A stretch of 64,000 nucleotides of DNA from Acholeplasma sp. Lineage in GTDB: Bacteria; Bacillota_I; Bacilli_A; Acholeplasmatales; UBA5453. Of this stretch, positions 1-10,592 are shown one piece after another. The position numbers were made by a program, and so were the translations under genes. Every line of letters begins with the position of its first letter. Positions within the stretch are counted from its first letter, which is position 1. The notes under the pieces are model-generated. The model saw only the letters and a list, made by a program, of their open reading frames with translations, did not search any database and had not been told where the DNA came from. The stretch covers positions 128,001 through 192,000 of the forward strand of contig JAVBWN010000012.1 of NCBI GenBank assembly GCA_036677365.1, given 5' to 3'.

Positions 1-83
1 TCAGATTTTATCATCTAATGTGTAATTTTGCTGATAAAAACTTTGATTTTTTTATTAATTCATATAGAAGTTTCGGAGTCAAA

Positions 84-1238
84 ATGAATTATTATTTTGA
101 ATTATTGTTACTCAAAAAACTGATTCAGAATAAAATGTCTACTAAGAATGAAGATAAGCAGTTCAAAGAGTATTATAATAAATTAAAAGCTAGGTTTGAC
201 TGGATTAAATACGACATTATTAATGATTCTGTTAATGAAATTCTAGAATATATTTCTGATACTTTCATAAATTCGAATGAGATTACTTTAACTGATAATG
301 ATTTAAATGACATTAAAAAAATTGTACTTGTACTTGGTCTAATAATTGACAACTTAAACTTATTAGATAGTGATAATATGGAGATTTATAGTAGACTACA
401 AGATTACGGGTATCAATTAGATTTATTACTTAAAAATATACCTAATGGTGATAATTATTTTGGAATATTCGATTATTCAAGTATACTACAAGATTATTTA
501 AATAACATTTATGTAAGCAATTTTAGTTTTGAATATTCAAATGCCTTAATTCAACTTTATAATCAAGTTGAAGAAGAAGACAGAGCCGAACAGGCAAAAC
601 AGGATATAAATGAGTTTAGAAGATCATTTACTGAAAGAGACTATGCTACCTTAGTAAGAACAAAAATCCTAGGTGTGTTCAACCTGACATTCAACGGAAG
701 AGTAGATAACAAAATAATGTTGAAATACTTAACAGCACTAGAGGGAACATCGGAATTTATTAAATTATATAGCACTTCTGAATTTAATTATAATTTACTC
801 ATGAATGGTGAATTTGATTTGAAAGATTTTGAGCTGACACCAATTATAACTGGGTTACTTAAAGGAACAGAGCAAATGTTGAGTTCTTTCGTAGAGTGGT
901 ACTATAATACATTAGAAAAAGACACAACAACAAGTATTCGTAGTTTCAATATTGAACTTTCAATAAGGGATAGTGAATGGAAGCAAAACATTACATTCGG
1001 TAGCTTAGTAAAACACATTGATGCACATATAATGGACAAAATTTTTAAGAATTGTTTTGAACCTAATAAACGATATCAAGTCATAAATGAGTTAAATGTT
1101 TGGAATACAAAAATACGAAACTCGAAATTCCACTCTTCAAACATTTATAATAAATCATTAATTGACCCGATAATTAATGATTGCTATCATGTTGCGAATA
1201 CAATAATACAATTGATGAGAATTGCAGATAGTAATTGA
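84..1238 (+). CDS. Hypothetical protein with C-terminal HEPN-like domain (putative RNase/defence protein)
   Basis: The ORF opens at 18, but GGAG at 75-78 supports ATG 84. The C-terminus has 'LLKGTEQML', 'ITFGSL' and 'IRNSKFH' (RxxxxH), as in HEPN domains. Very AT-rich. Confidence 0.55.
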   Translation: MNYYFELLLLKKLIQNKMSTKNEDKQFKEYYNKLKARFDWIKYDIINDSVNEILEYISDTFINSNEITLTDNDLNDIKKIVLVLGLIIDNLNLLDSDNMEIYSRLQDYGYQLDLLLKNIPNGDNYFGIFDYSSILQDYLNNIYVSNFSFEYSNALIQLYNQVEEEDRAEQAKQDINEFRRSFTERDYATLVRTKILGVFNLTFNGRVDNKIMLKYLTALEGTSEFIKLYSTSEFNYNLLMNGEFDLKDFELTPIITGLLKGTEQMLSSFVEWYYNTLEKDTTTSIRSFNIELSIRDSEWKQNITFGSLVKHIDAHIMDKIFKNCFEPNKRYQVINELNVWNTKIRNSKFHSSNIYNKSLIDPIINDCYHVANTIIQLMRIADSN

Positions 1239-1577
1239 TTTATTCTCTAATTAATTGTCAAATTCGTTCATATTATACTAAACGGATAGTTGTACATGTT
1301 TTTAATAATTGATACGAATATATTTCTTTCAATTACTATTATATTAAAGTCTTTCTACAGAAATAGTCACAAATAAGATAATTAGAATTAAATCAATATT
1401 TGTACGTCATTTAATCTTGTTATATAATGTGTAGGTTTAAGTTTTTGCTCCATTTATAATGGCATTTCAGTAGCTTATATGTTCAATTTTAAAATTTACT
1501 TTTTAAATATTTAAGGCTCAATGTTTTATTGTAGAGTATAGTAACTAAACAGGTTTAATTGATGAAGGAGGAAAACA

Positions 1578-2558
1578 ATGAAAAAAAATTATGTACTCAG
1601 CATTTTTCTGGTTTTACTAATCCTAGCTGGTTGTGTAGATAAAACATACGACGAACAAATATCGATAATCGGTCAAGTGAAATCGGAAATCATTGTCGGT
1701 TCACCTTATATTGAACTAGGTTTGATTATTCCAGATAATCATGTTTATGTCGTTGAAGGAGAAGTAAACACTTCCGTCGTAGGAAGTTATGTTTTGACCT
1801 ATACAGTCTTATCAACTAAGGGTGAACTTGTCAAAAAATTATATCGTTATGTGGATGTTATTGACAATATAAATCCATCTTTAACGCTATTCGAAGATAT
1901 AACATTTTATGTTGGATTCTCCTATAGTATTAATGATGTTATATATGATTATTCAGATAACTATGATTCTCAGAATAATTTGGTTATCGACTATAACCCT
2001 TCTATTTTTACAAAGAATACCCCAGGTGTTTATGCTCTGGAAATATCAATTACCGATTCATCAGGTAATAAAGTCACAGTTAACTCGACTTTTCAAGTGA
2101 TTTTAGATATGTTTAAACTCATTGAGCATGTTTACGAGTATCAGACTTATAAGATTAGCAAAGGTACAACCGGCATTGGAAGCTCTTATATTAGAGTCCA
2201 AATCGACAATAACACATCTTTCACTTATTATGATTCGGGGTCTATACATTATATAAAGAGCTTTACAACTTCATTAGGGACCAGGGCTTCAATCCAAATT
2301 TCTGGTAATTATGGAAACATGTATAATGCGAGGATCAATTATCATATAACAGGTATTGGTACTTACTCGGTTGGTTTTATTGATTTTGATGCAACCCAAG
2401 ACTATGAATCGTTGACATTTATTCAATTTGACCACATGATTAATAATTTGTATCTAAGGGAACAAGACATGATCAATGAATTTAACCCTAGAGCACTTCC
2501 TACCCTAAAAGAATTAAAGAATTATATGGAAAACACTCTGAATTTAATCCTAGAATAG
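1578..2558 (+). CDS. Lipoprotein with DUF5011/bacterial Ig-like domains
   Basis: AAGGAGG RBS, signal peptide with lipobox LAGC, and Ig-like motifs 'GEVNTSVVGSYVLTY' and 'PGVYALEISITDSSGN'. Confidence 0.75.
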   Translation: MKKNYVLSIFLVLLILAGCVDKTYDEQISIIGQVKSEIIVGSPYIELGLIIPDNHVYVVEGEVNTSVVGSYVLTYTVLSTKGELVKKLYRYVDVIDNINPSLTLFEDITFYVGFSYSINDVIYDYSDNYDSQNNLVIDYNPSIFTKNTPGVYALEISITDSSGNKVTVNSTFQVILDMFKLIEHVYEYQTYKISKGTTGIGSSYIRVQIDNNTSFTYYDSGSIHYIKSFTTSLGTRASIQISGNYGNMYNARINYHITGIGTYSVGFIDFDATQDYESLTFIQFDHMINNLYLREQDMINEFNPRALPTLKELKNYMENTLNLILE

Positions 2559-2665
2559 TTTTATTAAGTATTGATTAATAGAAATTGGACTGTTACTAGT
2601 GTCGTTAAAAGAATATTATTGTAACTAATAATGACTTACACTTTCATAAAGGAGAAAATGTAACA

Positions 2666-4114
2666 ATGAACATATATGACTATTACGCACAACTTCGTGG
2701 ATTTGGAGATAGAAGAATACTACACGAATTATTTCTCTTTATGATGAAATTTGATAAGCAGGAAAAAAATGAAGATTATTATATCGCTTTGTATACAGCG
2801 AGCAGTATAGTTATTAATTTCCCATTTAAGACTGATGTAGATATTTTTGTACTTAAAAAAACCCTAAATGAGAGAGGTGATTTTTTTAAGAATAGAAACC
2901 GTATTAACAATAAACTTAAAGAGCAAAATCTTCCCACAATTAGATTAGACTCTAATTATTATTTTTTATATACAACAAATGGAAATAGCAAATATGATCA
3001 TTTTAAAATAATCACAGATGAGGTATTAAAATATTACTTTTACAACAGAAGATATTCAGATGCATACACTATTTTGATGGAAGCGTCGCTGTATCATCAC
3101 ATCAATGTATATAATGAAATCTCTTCAGAAACTACTTACGGAAGTAACCCAAACTTATTCAATCATTTATGTGCCAATTTAGCTAGCGATTTGGATTTAA
3201 TATTGGGGGATGGTGGCTATTGGGAACTAGAATACGATCAATTAATCAAAATGATAGAATCAATAAAAAATTATGAGTACTCACCATATGATGAATACTA
3301 TTTGCCATTTAAACATTTTATGGTAATGGCACTTGAGATTCTTTATGAAAATAATGACGATAATTTATTTGACTTAACCGGTTCGTTATTTGAGAAATGG
3401 TTTAATAACGATGACGAATACTCACGAAGTGCCAAGAGCTTAATTAGAAAGAAAAATAACGATCGTATTATAAAAAACATATCACAAAAGTTAAAAATTA
3501 GTCCTAGTGTATTTATGTCAAGTGATGATTTCCTTGTTATCGAAAAGAAATTCGATGAATATTTGGGGCAATTGTATTTTGATAAGACAAAATACCAATT
3601 AAGATTAACTAACAGTTATAATATTGATATTTCCAAACTAGATGAAAAAACAATATTATTTCTAACCACAGGTGATTATATATTCGAAATACTATCAAAA
3701 CAGGATGATGTAGATTTTGCAGGTGCCGCAATTTCATGGTGTAGAGCGGTAGAAAATGAGCTAAAAGTTATTGTGTATGACGCATTCATTAAGAGTATGA
3801 GCAAAAATGAGATTAAAGAAAAGTTTAAACTCACTTCAGTACAGGGATATTTTTCGCTAAACTACTTTCCATATATTATAGATAATGATAATTCTGTTAA
3901 ATTGCATAATCATCTAAAAGGATTAAATCTATTTAAATCATTTTCAACTAAAGCTTTTGAAGAATTTTTTACTAATATAAGAAATCTGGCTAATACTTAT
4001 AGAAACGCAGTTTCTCATACTGATAGCATTTCTGTTGTAGATGCTAAAATTTGTCATGATATTATTCTGATTACAAATAAAATAATGCAAAAATGTATAA
4101 TGATTTCAAATTGA
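2666..4114 (+). CDS. Hypothetical protein with C-terminal HEPN-like domain
   Basis: AAGGAG RBS. C-terminal 'DFAGAAISWCRAVENELK ... YRNAVSH' matches the HEPN E...RxxxxH pattern. Confidence 0.6.
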   Translation: MNIYDYYAQLRGFGDRRILHELFLFMMKFDKQEKNEDYYIALYTASSIVINFPFKTDVDIFVLKKTLNERGDFFKNRNRINNKLKEQNLPTIRLDSNYYFLYTTNGNSKYDHFKIITDEVLKYYFYNRRYSDAYTILMEASLYHHINVYNEISSETTYGSNPNLFNHLCANLASDLDLILGDGGYWELEYDQLIKMIESIKNYEYSPYDEYYLPFKHFMVMALEILYENNDDNLFDLTGSLFEKWFNNDDEYSRSAKSLIRKKNNDRIIKNISQKLKISPSVFMSSDDFLVIEKKFDEYLGQLYFDKTKYQLRLTNSYNIDISKLDEKTILFLTTGDYIFEILSKQDDVDFAGAAISWCRAVENELKVIVYDAFIKSMSKNEIKEKFKLTSVQGYFSLNYFPYIIDNDNSVKLHNHLKGLNLFKSFSTKAFEEFFTNIRNLANTYRNAVSHTDSISVVDAKICHDIILITNKIMQKCIMISN

Positions 4115-4163
4115 TGTATGGAAAGTAATGATTTAATATAGACGATGAGGTTTACCAAGAAAT

Positions 4164-5141
4164 ATGAACATTAAAGACATTGATTTCAAAAAATATCGAA
4201 TGTGGTTTATACCTATAGTGGGTTTTTTATTGTTTTGGACAATCTTTGGAGCAATCACCATCGATTATCGTTGGTGGTGGTTATCATTTCTATCCATTAC
4301 ACTCTCTAGCTTTACATTAGAATTATATAAGGATCAAATCATTAAAAGCCCACTATTTCATCAACGTGTTCGATATATATTGGGTTGGATTAGTTTTATC
4401 TCTGTCATTTTTATTATATTGGCTTGCTTCATATCGTTGTGGTGGTTGTTTGGTGGATTAATCATCACTTTTATCATTATTGGGACTTGGGGTAGTTTCA
4501 TTAATGAAAGTGATGAGAATCTACTACCGACAAGAGAAAAGAAAATCATATCTTATTCAGGTTTAGGATTTCTATTATTACTGATTGGATTGTTCTTTAT
4601 ACCATCCTATGTTGCTAATAATCACAAAAATCCAAAAGATCGATTTGGTACTGATCCAAGTGCCGTGTTGTCATATGTCCTATATGAAGAGGGGCTTCCG
4701 ACTAATAAAGAACATGTCGTTCCTAAAAGCTGGTTTAGTAATGGAGACAACACGAATTACTTTAATGACTATGTCAATATGATGAATGCGAACGAAGCAG
4801 CAAACTCAGCGAGAGCGAATTTACGATTAGGTAATGTCAGAAAAACAGAAGCAAATAAGGTTTGGGATGGCAATGTACTCGTTGGGTATAAAAATGATAA
4901 ATACTTTATGCCATTAGATAAATACAAAGGTGATGTAGCTAGGATTGTCATTTATATGTATGTAACCTATAAGAATGATGGACTGGATGTAAGATACATC
5001 AATCTCAGTTTGATGAAAAAATGGTCAAGACAAGACCCGGTAGATCAAAAAGAAAAAAAACGTAACAACGATATACTAAATCAAAAAGGTCATAACAATA
5101 AGTTTGTCTCAAATCCATGGCTTATTGGATTTGTAGTATAA
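4164..5141 (+). CDS. Membrane-anchored endonuclease I family (His-Me finger) nuclease
   Basis: About five N-terminal hydrophobic helices, then 'NKEHVVPKSW', 'NSARAN', 'KGDVARIVIYMY', 'WSRQDPVDQKEKKRN' and 'NKFV', typical of EndA/Bsn-type nucleases. Confidence 0.8.
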   Translation: MNIKDIDFKKYRMWFIPIVGFLLFWTIFGAITIDYRWWWLSFLSITLSSFTLELYKDQIIKSPLFHQRVRYILGWISFISVIFIILACFISLWWLFGGLIITFIIIGTWGSFINESDENLLPTREKKIISYSGLGFLLLLIGLFFIPSYVANNHKNPKDRFGTDPSAVLSYVLYEEGLPTNKEHVVPKSWFSNGDNTNYFNDYVNMMNANEAANSARANLRLGNVRKTEANKVWDGNVLVGYKNDKYFMPLDKYKGDVARIVIYMYVTYKNDGLDVRYINLSLMKKWSRQDPVDQKEKKRNNDILNQKGHNNKFVSNPWLIGFVV

Positions 5142-5152
5142 AGGAGAAAAAT

Positions 5153-5434
5153 ATGAAATGGCAACCGAATGAAGATAGAATTTGTTCTGCAATTTTCATC
5201 ATAAATCATGTACTTCGAGAGTTTAGCGTAGACACATCTGTCAAAGAAGCCATTAAGAATGGCGTCAACAAAACCGAAGGAAGTATAAAAATGAAGTTCA
5301 GCAATATCGCTTCAATTTGTGATGATTTAGGAATAAAGGTACTAACGAAAATGGGTCGATTGGCAAATTATTCTAAACAAAATAGAGATGAGTTTGAAAA
5401 TGTTTTAAGAAATTCACCATTTTTAAAGAAATAA
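5153..5434 (+). CDS. Small hypothetical protein (possible helical DNA-binding domain)
   Basis: AAGGAG RBS before ATG 5153. 'KWQPNED...KTEGSIKMKFSNI' resembles the N-terminal helical modules of some HNH nucleases. Confidence 0.5.
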   Translation: MKWQPNEDRICSAIFIINHVLREFSVDTSVKEAIKNGVNKTEGSIKMKFSNIASICDDLGIKVLTKMGRLANYSKQNRDEFENVLRNSPFLKK

Positions 5435-5476
5435 TACATTCTCTAGCAATCATTATTTAAAAAGGAGATTTCATAA

Positions 5477-6619
5477 ATGTTAGGTGCGATTATTGGCGAC
5501 ATCATTGGTTCAATATATGAATTTGATCCAATCAAGACAAAAGACTTTCCACTCTTTGGGAAAAACAATGAAATCACAGATGACAGCTATTTAACCATGG
5601 CTGTCTTTTCAGCACTTGAAAAATGTCATGGAGATTACACCCATTTAAGTGAAGTCGTAACCAAAAAACTGATTGAATGGTATGCGAATTATCCTACACC
5701 TATGGGTGGATACGGACATAGATTTGAACATTGGGCAATATCCTCTTTACAAAACTATAAAGTTTTACCACCATACAATAGTTTCGGCAACGGTGCTGCC
5801 ATGAGAATTAGCCCCGTGGCATATTTTGCGAACAGCATAGATGAATGTATTGAACTCTCAAAAAAAGTCACTCAAGTCACACACAATCATCCGGAAGGCA
5901 TCAAAGGGGCAGAAGCCGTCGCTGTAACCATCTATATGGCTTTACATGGTAGTAATCGTAAAGAAATTACAGACTTTATCAAAGCACATTATTACCCTCT
6001 CAAAGCAAACTGTAATGAGATTAGAAAGCATTATGGTTTTGAACCATCTTGTCAAGAAACCGTCCCTCAAAGCATCCAAGCTTTCTTGGATTCTACGTGT
6101 TATGAGGATGCGGTTAGGATGACCATTTCATTGGGTGGCGATGCAGATACCATGGGTGCGATTACTGGGGCGATTGCTGAGGCGTATTATGGCATTCCAA
6201 AAGACATTGAATCTAAAATGAATGATTATTTAGATGATAGATGTAAAAAGCTAGCCAAACGAATGATTGATAAACGTCAACAAGTTGTCAGAAGGTATTT
6301 GGAAAAAGATACAAAACAACAGGGGTTTACACACTCAAGAGTCAATGGCAGTGATATGGACGGACTTCCTGATAATCATCAAACCAATGCAGCTTTTAAG
6401 CATAATGGTGTATTATATCAGTCCAAACAAGCCAAACAGTTTGTGATAATCGATGAATCCAATGTTGAAACACCCATGAATGCCGATGATTTTCAGTTTT
6501 TTATCGATGAACTCAGGTTATTTCTACACCATAAATTTAAAGATAATATTTCTAGTGTTGAAGATTTTTACAGTGAGTTATTCATTAAAATGTCTACAAA
6601 CTTTTGGAGTGAGGATTAA
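5477..6619 (+). CDS. ADP-ribosylglycohydrolase (DraG/ARH family) with ~110-aa C-terminal extension
   Basis: 'MLGAIIGDIIGS', 'TDDS', 'SFGNGAAMR', 'THNHPEG', 'GGDADT'. Confidence 0.92.
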   Translation: MLGAIIGDIIGSIYEFDPIKTKDFPLFGKNNEITDDSYLTMAVFSALEKCHGDYTHLSEVVTKKLIEWYANYPTPMGGYGHRFEHWAISSLQNYKVLPPYNSFGNGAAMRISPVAYFANSIDECIELSKKVTQVTHNHPEGIKGAEAVAVTIYMALHGSNRKEITDFIKAHYYPLKANCNEIRKHYGFEPSCQETVPQSIQAFLDSTCYEDAVRMTISLGGDADTMGAITGAIAEAYYGIPKDIESKMNDYLDDRCKKLAKRMIDKRQQVVRRYLEKDTKQQGFTHSRVNGSDMDGLPDNHQTNAAFKHNGVLYQSKQAKQFVIIDESNVETPMNADDFQFFIDELRLFLHHKFKDNISSVEDFYSELFIKMSTNFWSED

Positions 6620-7704
6620 TGATGAAAAAGAAAAAACCTATAATCAACAAGTATATCATGTTTTTTATAATCCTAATTGCTATAGTCACCGCTATCTTTA
6701 CAGATTTTGGACCCATCGACTTGGTGTATGTTTTATTACTAGTCCCAATGATGATACTTACACTTCAAGTCGTAATCATCATCCATGAACTCGGTCACTT
6801 GGTTTTAGGGTTAATGACGGGTTATCGATTCTTGAGCTATCGATACTTTTCTTGGATTATTGTTAAGGATAAAGTCGGCAAATTCCACTTAAAGCGTTAC
6901 TCTATTTTGGGTACAGGTGGCCAATGCTTAATGATACCACCAGATCAAGAAGAAATACCCATCTTTTGGTACAACATAGGTGGTGTACTCTTTAATGCCT
7001 TATCCATTATTCCTGCGATATTCATCATTTATAGGCAGCCTAATGAATGGATAGTCTATGGCGTTATAGTCTTTATATTCATGAGTATATTTTTGATTGC
7101 TACCAACTGGTTACCCATCAAAGGGATTACCAATGATGGTAATAGCTACCGTGAAGCTAAAAAATACCCAGAAACCAGACAGGCTTTTAACGATATCATA
7201 AGGATGAGCATGTATTACACTTACGGCTATCGTTCTAATGAAATCTTGCTTAAATCCAATCTTGAAAGTCTATCTTATGAACATACCTTGCAGGCAATCA
7301 TTTTGTTGTTCATGCATACAAGAAAGCTATACGCACTCGATATCGAAGGTTTTAAACAAGGCATATTCGATATGGAAAATGCGTTTGAATCCAAACAAAT
7401 CAAAATGCTTCCAGCAATGAAATTATATATATACTTCATTCGATTATTAGAAAGAAAACTGGATGACCCAATACTCACCGATAAAACACTACAGACGATA
7501 TTGAAAAGATCCAAATACGAACCATTCTTCTATATCATTCGTTATGTAGAATCCACCTTACGTGGTCAAGAAGACTCAAATAAAATCAAAGAAGCCTTTT
7601 TTCAATTAGCACAAAAAAGCCACCTTAAAGGGGAAGTATTGGATTGTATCGACTTGATGGATTATTTAGATCAACACGTGTTATTTCCATCCTTCATGGA
7701 CTAA
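6619..7704 (+). CDS. M50-like (site-2) membrane metallopeptidase
   Basis: Transmembrane helices with HELGH and a downstream 'NWLP...NDG' motif. The start overlaps the previous stop. Confidence 0.75.
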   Translation: MMKKKKPIINKYIMFFIILIAIVTAIFTDFGPIDLVYVLLLVPMMILTLQVVIIIHELGHLVLGLMTGYRFLSYRYFSWIIVKDKVGKFHLKRYSILGTGGQCLMIPPDQEEIPIFWYNIGGVLFNALSIIPAIFIIYRQPNEWIVYGVIVFIFMSIFLIATNWLPIKGITNDGNSYREAKKYPETRQAFNDIIRMSMYYTYGYRSNEILLKSNLESLSYEHTLQAIILLFMHTRKLYALDIEGFKQGIFDMENAFESKQIKMLPAMKLYIYFIRLLERKLDDPILTDKTLQTILKRSKYEPFFYIIRYVESTLRGQEDSNKIKEAFFQLAQKSHLKGEVLDCIDLMDYLDQHVLFPSFMD

Positions 7705-7720
7705 TAACCTCAATGAATAT

Positions 7721-7750
7721 CACCTCAAATTGTTGAGGTGTTTATTTTTT
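7721..7750 (+). terminator. Intrinsic terminator
   Basis: CACCTCAA-attg-TTGAGGTG followed by a T tract, between convergent genes. Confidence 0.7.
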
Positions 7751-8095
7751 AATTATGGCTACTGTAATGATATTTTCTAAGATTCGTATCAAATCGTATC
7801 TTATGACATGGACATACATTGATATTCGAAAAGGGAATCTTTTAATACGAACAGATCTTAAATCAAAATACAAATCAGTTAAATCTACGGTTTTAACAAT
7901 ATTCTCCGTTAATTGCCACGTTGTTTTCAACGATTTTGGTAAGTAACTAAAAACAAGGACAACGTGGCCATCTTTAAGTATGTTGTAATCATTGCTTTTT
8001 GAGGGAATCTTATGGATGACACACCCTTGTTTTTCGATTACTTCTGTTATAATGGTTAGAAAATCTCTTTCGAATCCATACTTCATCAAAATCAC
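7742..8095 (-). CDS. Hypothetical protein
   Basis: 117-aa ORF filling an intergenic gap, with a plausible AAGGGTG RBS and TG-a-TAAAAT upstream on the minus strand. Confidence 0.55.
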   Translation of the reverse strand: MILMKYGFERDFLTIITEVIEKQGCVIHKIPSKSNDYNILKDGHVVLVFSYLPKSLKTTWQLTENIVKTVDLTDLYFDLRSVRIKRFPFRISMYVHVIRYDLIRILENIITVAIIKK

Positions 8096-8250
8096 CCTTT
8101 CATCATCTTTATTTTATCACTTTGAACTTAAACATAAATGATTAATTTTGAGTTTTTATTACATGTTTATCTAAAAAACATTCTTTTACAATATGAAATC
8201 ATATATAATGAAATTGATAAATCATTATAAAAAGAGAATAGGTTTCGTAT

Positions 8251-10467
8251 ATGATTGAACTACGCAATATTTCTAAAGTCTTCCATGACTCAAAGAAAAG
8301 AAAAGTGAATGCACTGAATAACATCAACCTTACATTTTCAAATCAAGGTTTTTACTCCATTGTCGGTAAGTCAGGCAGCGGAAAATCTACTTTACTAAAT
8401 ATTCTATCTGGGTTAATAAAACCCAGTGAAGGTGATTATTCGATTTTTGGTGTGAATACCAATACATTTAATGAACAGAATTGGGCTGATATTAGAAGAA
8501 CAACCCTATCCTATGTATTCCAAGAGCATAACCTTATTGATCATTTAACCGTTGTGGAAAACTTATCGATTCCATTAATGAATAAAAAAGCGAATCATGA
8601 TGAAATCCAACATAAGATTATTGAAACCCTAACTCAATTTGATCTCGACTCATTAAAAGATCAAATGTGTATGAATTTATCTGGTGGCGAGAAACAACGT
8701 ATCGCAATTATACGCTCATTATTATCCGAAAGCCTCATATTGATAGCTGATGAACCCACAAGTGCTTTGGATGAAATCAATACAACACTTGTTTATGACT
8801 TGTTAAAAGAAGTTTCTAAAACGCGTTTGGTTATTGTCGTGACACATGATATGGAAATGACGAATCGCTATTCAGATGTCATCATTCAATTAAATTATGG
8901 CAATGTCGTATCTAATAACCCACCTATTACAATACCATTACAAAATCAAAGAAGTGTATCCAATCCAAAACTTCACTTTAACAAAATTTATGTGCTATCT
9001 CGCTTTTTTAATCGAGGACAATGGGTTATGAATGTATTTATGATTCTATTTATAAGCATTGGAATGACTTTACTCTCATCTACTTTCGCAATTACTCAAT
9101 TTAATGAGAATAATTTTGATTATCATATTATCAAGGATAAAGTGGACCTGAATTTCATTTCAACTTCAAACATTCATTTTTATACGAATGACTTAACTTC
9201 GGATATGAATTTAAATGACATTTTACCCGATTTGATGACGTATAAAGCCTATAACAAAGTTTCTGCGTTTCATTCTGGCTTGTTTCATGATAACCTATCC
9301 AACACTCGTCTGTTTACTACCATTGTTATAAAACCTTTAGAGGACGATTATATCGAAATAACAGACTATCAAGCAAACATACTAAAAGAAGCAGGCATTG
9401 TTACTTATAATCGTGTTGATGAGTTGAATGGAACGACACTCTCTATATATGGGATTACTTTGACCATTTTGGATGTGATACATACTCAATATGATTTAAA
9501 TAATATTATTCCCTATGATATTGAAGTGAAGTACGATGTTCTAAGTATCAATGAAAACACATTGAACAAACTCATTTACTACACTTATCCCAAACTTATT
9601 AATGACGCTGAGGATACTATACAAGCACTACATCCATACACACTAGAAAGGATGACATATGGTGCATATATTGGATCCAATCAACTCAGTAACTTAGATA
9701 TCGTTGTTGACATAACCACATTACAGCGATGGTTGAATATCACATTTGATAGTCCAGAAGATGCGATACCTTATTTCGATTCGTATATTACGATTGATTT
9801 GATGATTGATAACCAAGTAATCAGTCAAACTTATCAATTGAAAGGTGTAGTTTTCACGGATATGCCAAGCGTCTACTTTAGCGAAACAACCTATCATGAT
9901 TATTTTTATGAGTCATCCAATTTTGATCAAATGACGTCGACACAAGCGTTTAAAGTCAATAATTATGATGATTTTATTAATATCAAATCTCATTTAGAAA
10001 ACAATCAAATGTATATTCTTAATGCCTATTCAAGGGATGCTTATTATGCAAAATCATTCATCATGTCTATCATCCAAATATTTACAGCACTAGTCATTTT
10101 TTCATTTGTGATGGTTTCACTATTAATCTATTTTTTCACCTATGTATACTTTAAACAAAATCGATTTAATTATGGCATCCTTTTATCTATGGGATATGAA
10201 AGGAAGACGACACTGTACATTGGAATTGTCCAAATAATCCGAAACATTGTTATTTCATTCATAATCAGTACGCTAAGTGCATCTATAATTATTTATATTT
10301 TTAATCAAGGTTATCAATCGGATTTAAATATCCAAATGAACATTATCACATTTAGTTTATACCCATATCTAGTGACTATTCTTTTTTCTATCATTGTTTC
10401 TGTATTTGGAATTCTAACGGTATATCAATTCATTAGAAAAATAGACATTATCCAACTTTTAAAATAG
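8251..10467 (+). CDS. ABC transporter ATP-binding/FtsX-permease fusion (MacB-like)
   Basis: Walker A GKSGSGKS, signature LSGGE, ADEPT, VTHD, and C-terminal FtsX-type transmembrane helices. Confidence 0.88.
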   Translation: MIELRNISKVFHDSKKRKVNALNNINLTFSNQGFYSIVGKSGSGKSTLLNILSGLIKPSEGDYSIFGVNTNTFNEQNWADIRRTTLSYVFQEHNLIDHLTVVENLSIPLMNKKANHDEIQHKIIETLTQFDLDSLKDQMCMNLSGGEKQRIAIIRSLLSESLILIADEPTSALDEINTTLVYDLLKEVSKTRLVIVVTHDMEMTNRYSDVIIQLNYGNVVSNNPPITIPLQNQRSVSNPKLHFNKIYVLSRFFNRGQWVMNVFMILFISIGMTLLSSTFAITQFNENNFDYHIIKDKVDLNFISTSNIHFYTNDLTSDMNLNDILPDLMTYKAYNKVSAFHSGLFHDNLSNTRLFTTIVIKPLEDDYIEITDYQANILKEAGIVTYNRVDELNGTTLSIYGITLTILDVIHTQYDLNNIIPYDIEVKYDVLSINENTLNKLIYYTYPKLINDAEDTIQALHPYTLERMTYGAYIGSNQLSNLDIVVDITTLQRWLNITFDSPEDAIPYFDSYITIDLMIDNQVISQTYQLKGVVFTDMPSVYFSETTYHDYFYESSNFDQMTSTQAFKVNNYDDFINIKSHLENNQMYILNAYSRDAYYAKSFIMSIIQIFTALVIFSFVMVSLLIYFFTYVYFKQNRFNYGILLSMGYERKTTLYIGIVQIIRNIVISFIISTLSASIIIYIFNQGYQSDLNIQMNIITFSLYPYLVTILFSIIVSVFGILTVYQFIRKIDIIQLLK

Positions 10468-10592
10468 ATAGATGGGATTTAAATCAACATATACCCTTTA
10501 AATAATATTCGAATGTTTTTCGTAATAAAGAGTTTTAGATAGATGCTAAATCTATCTTTTTCTTTTATACTAATAGTAGGAGATGATGCATC

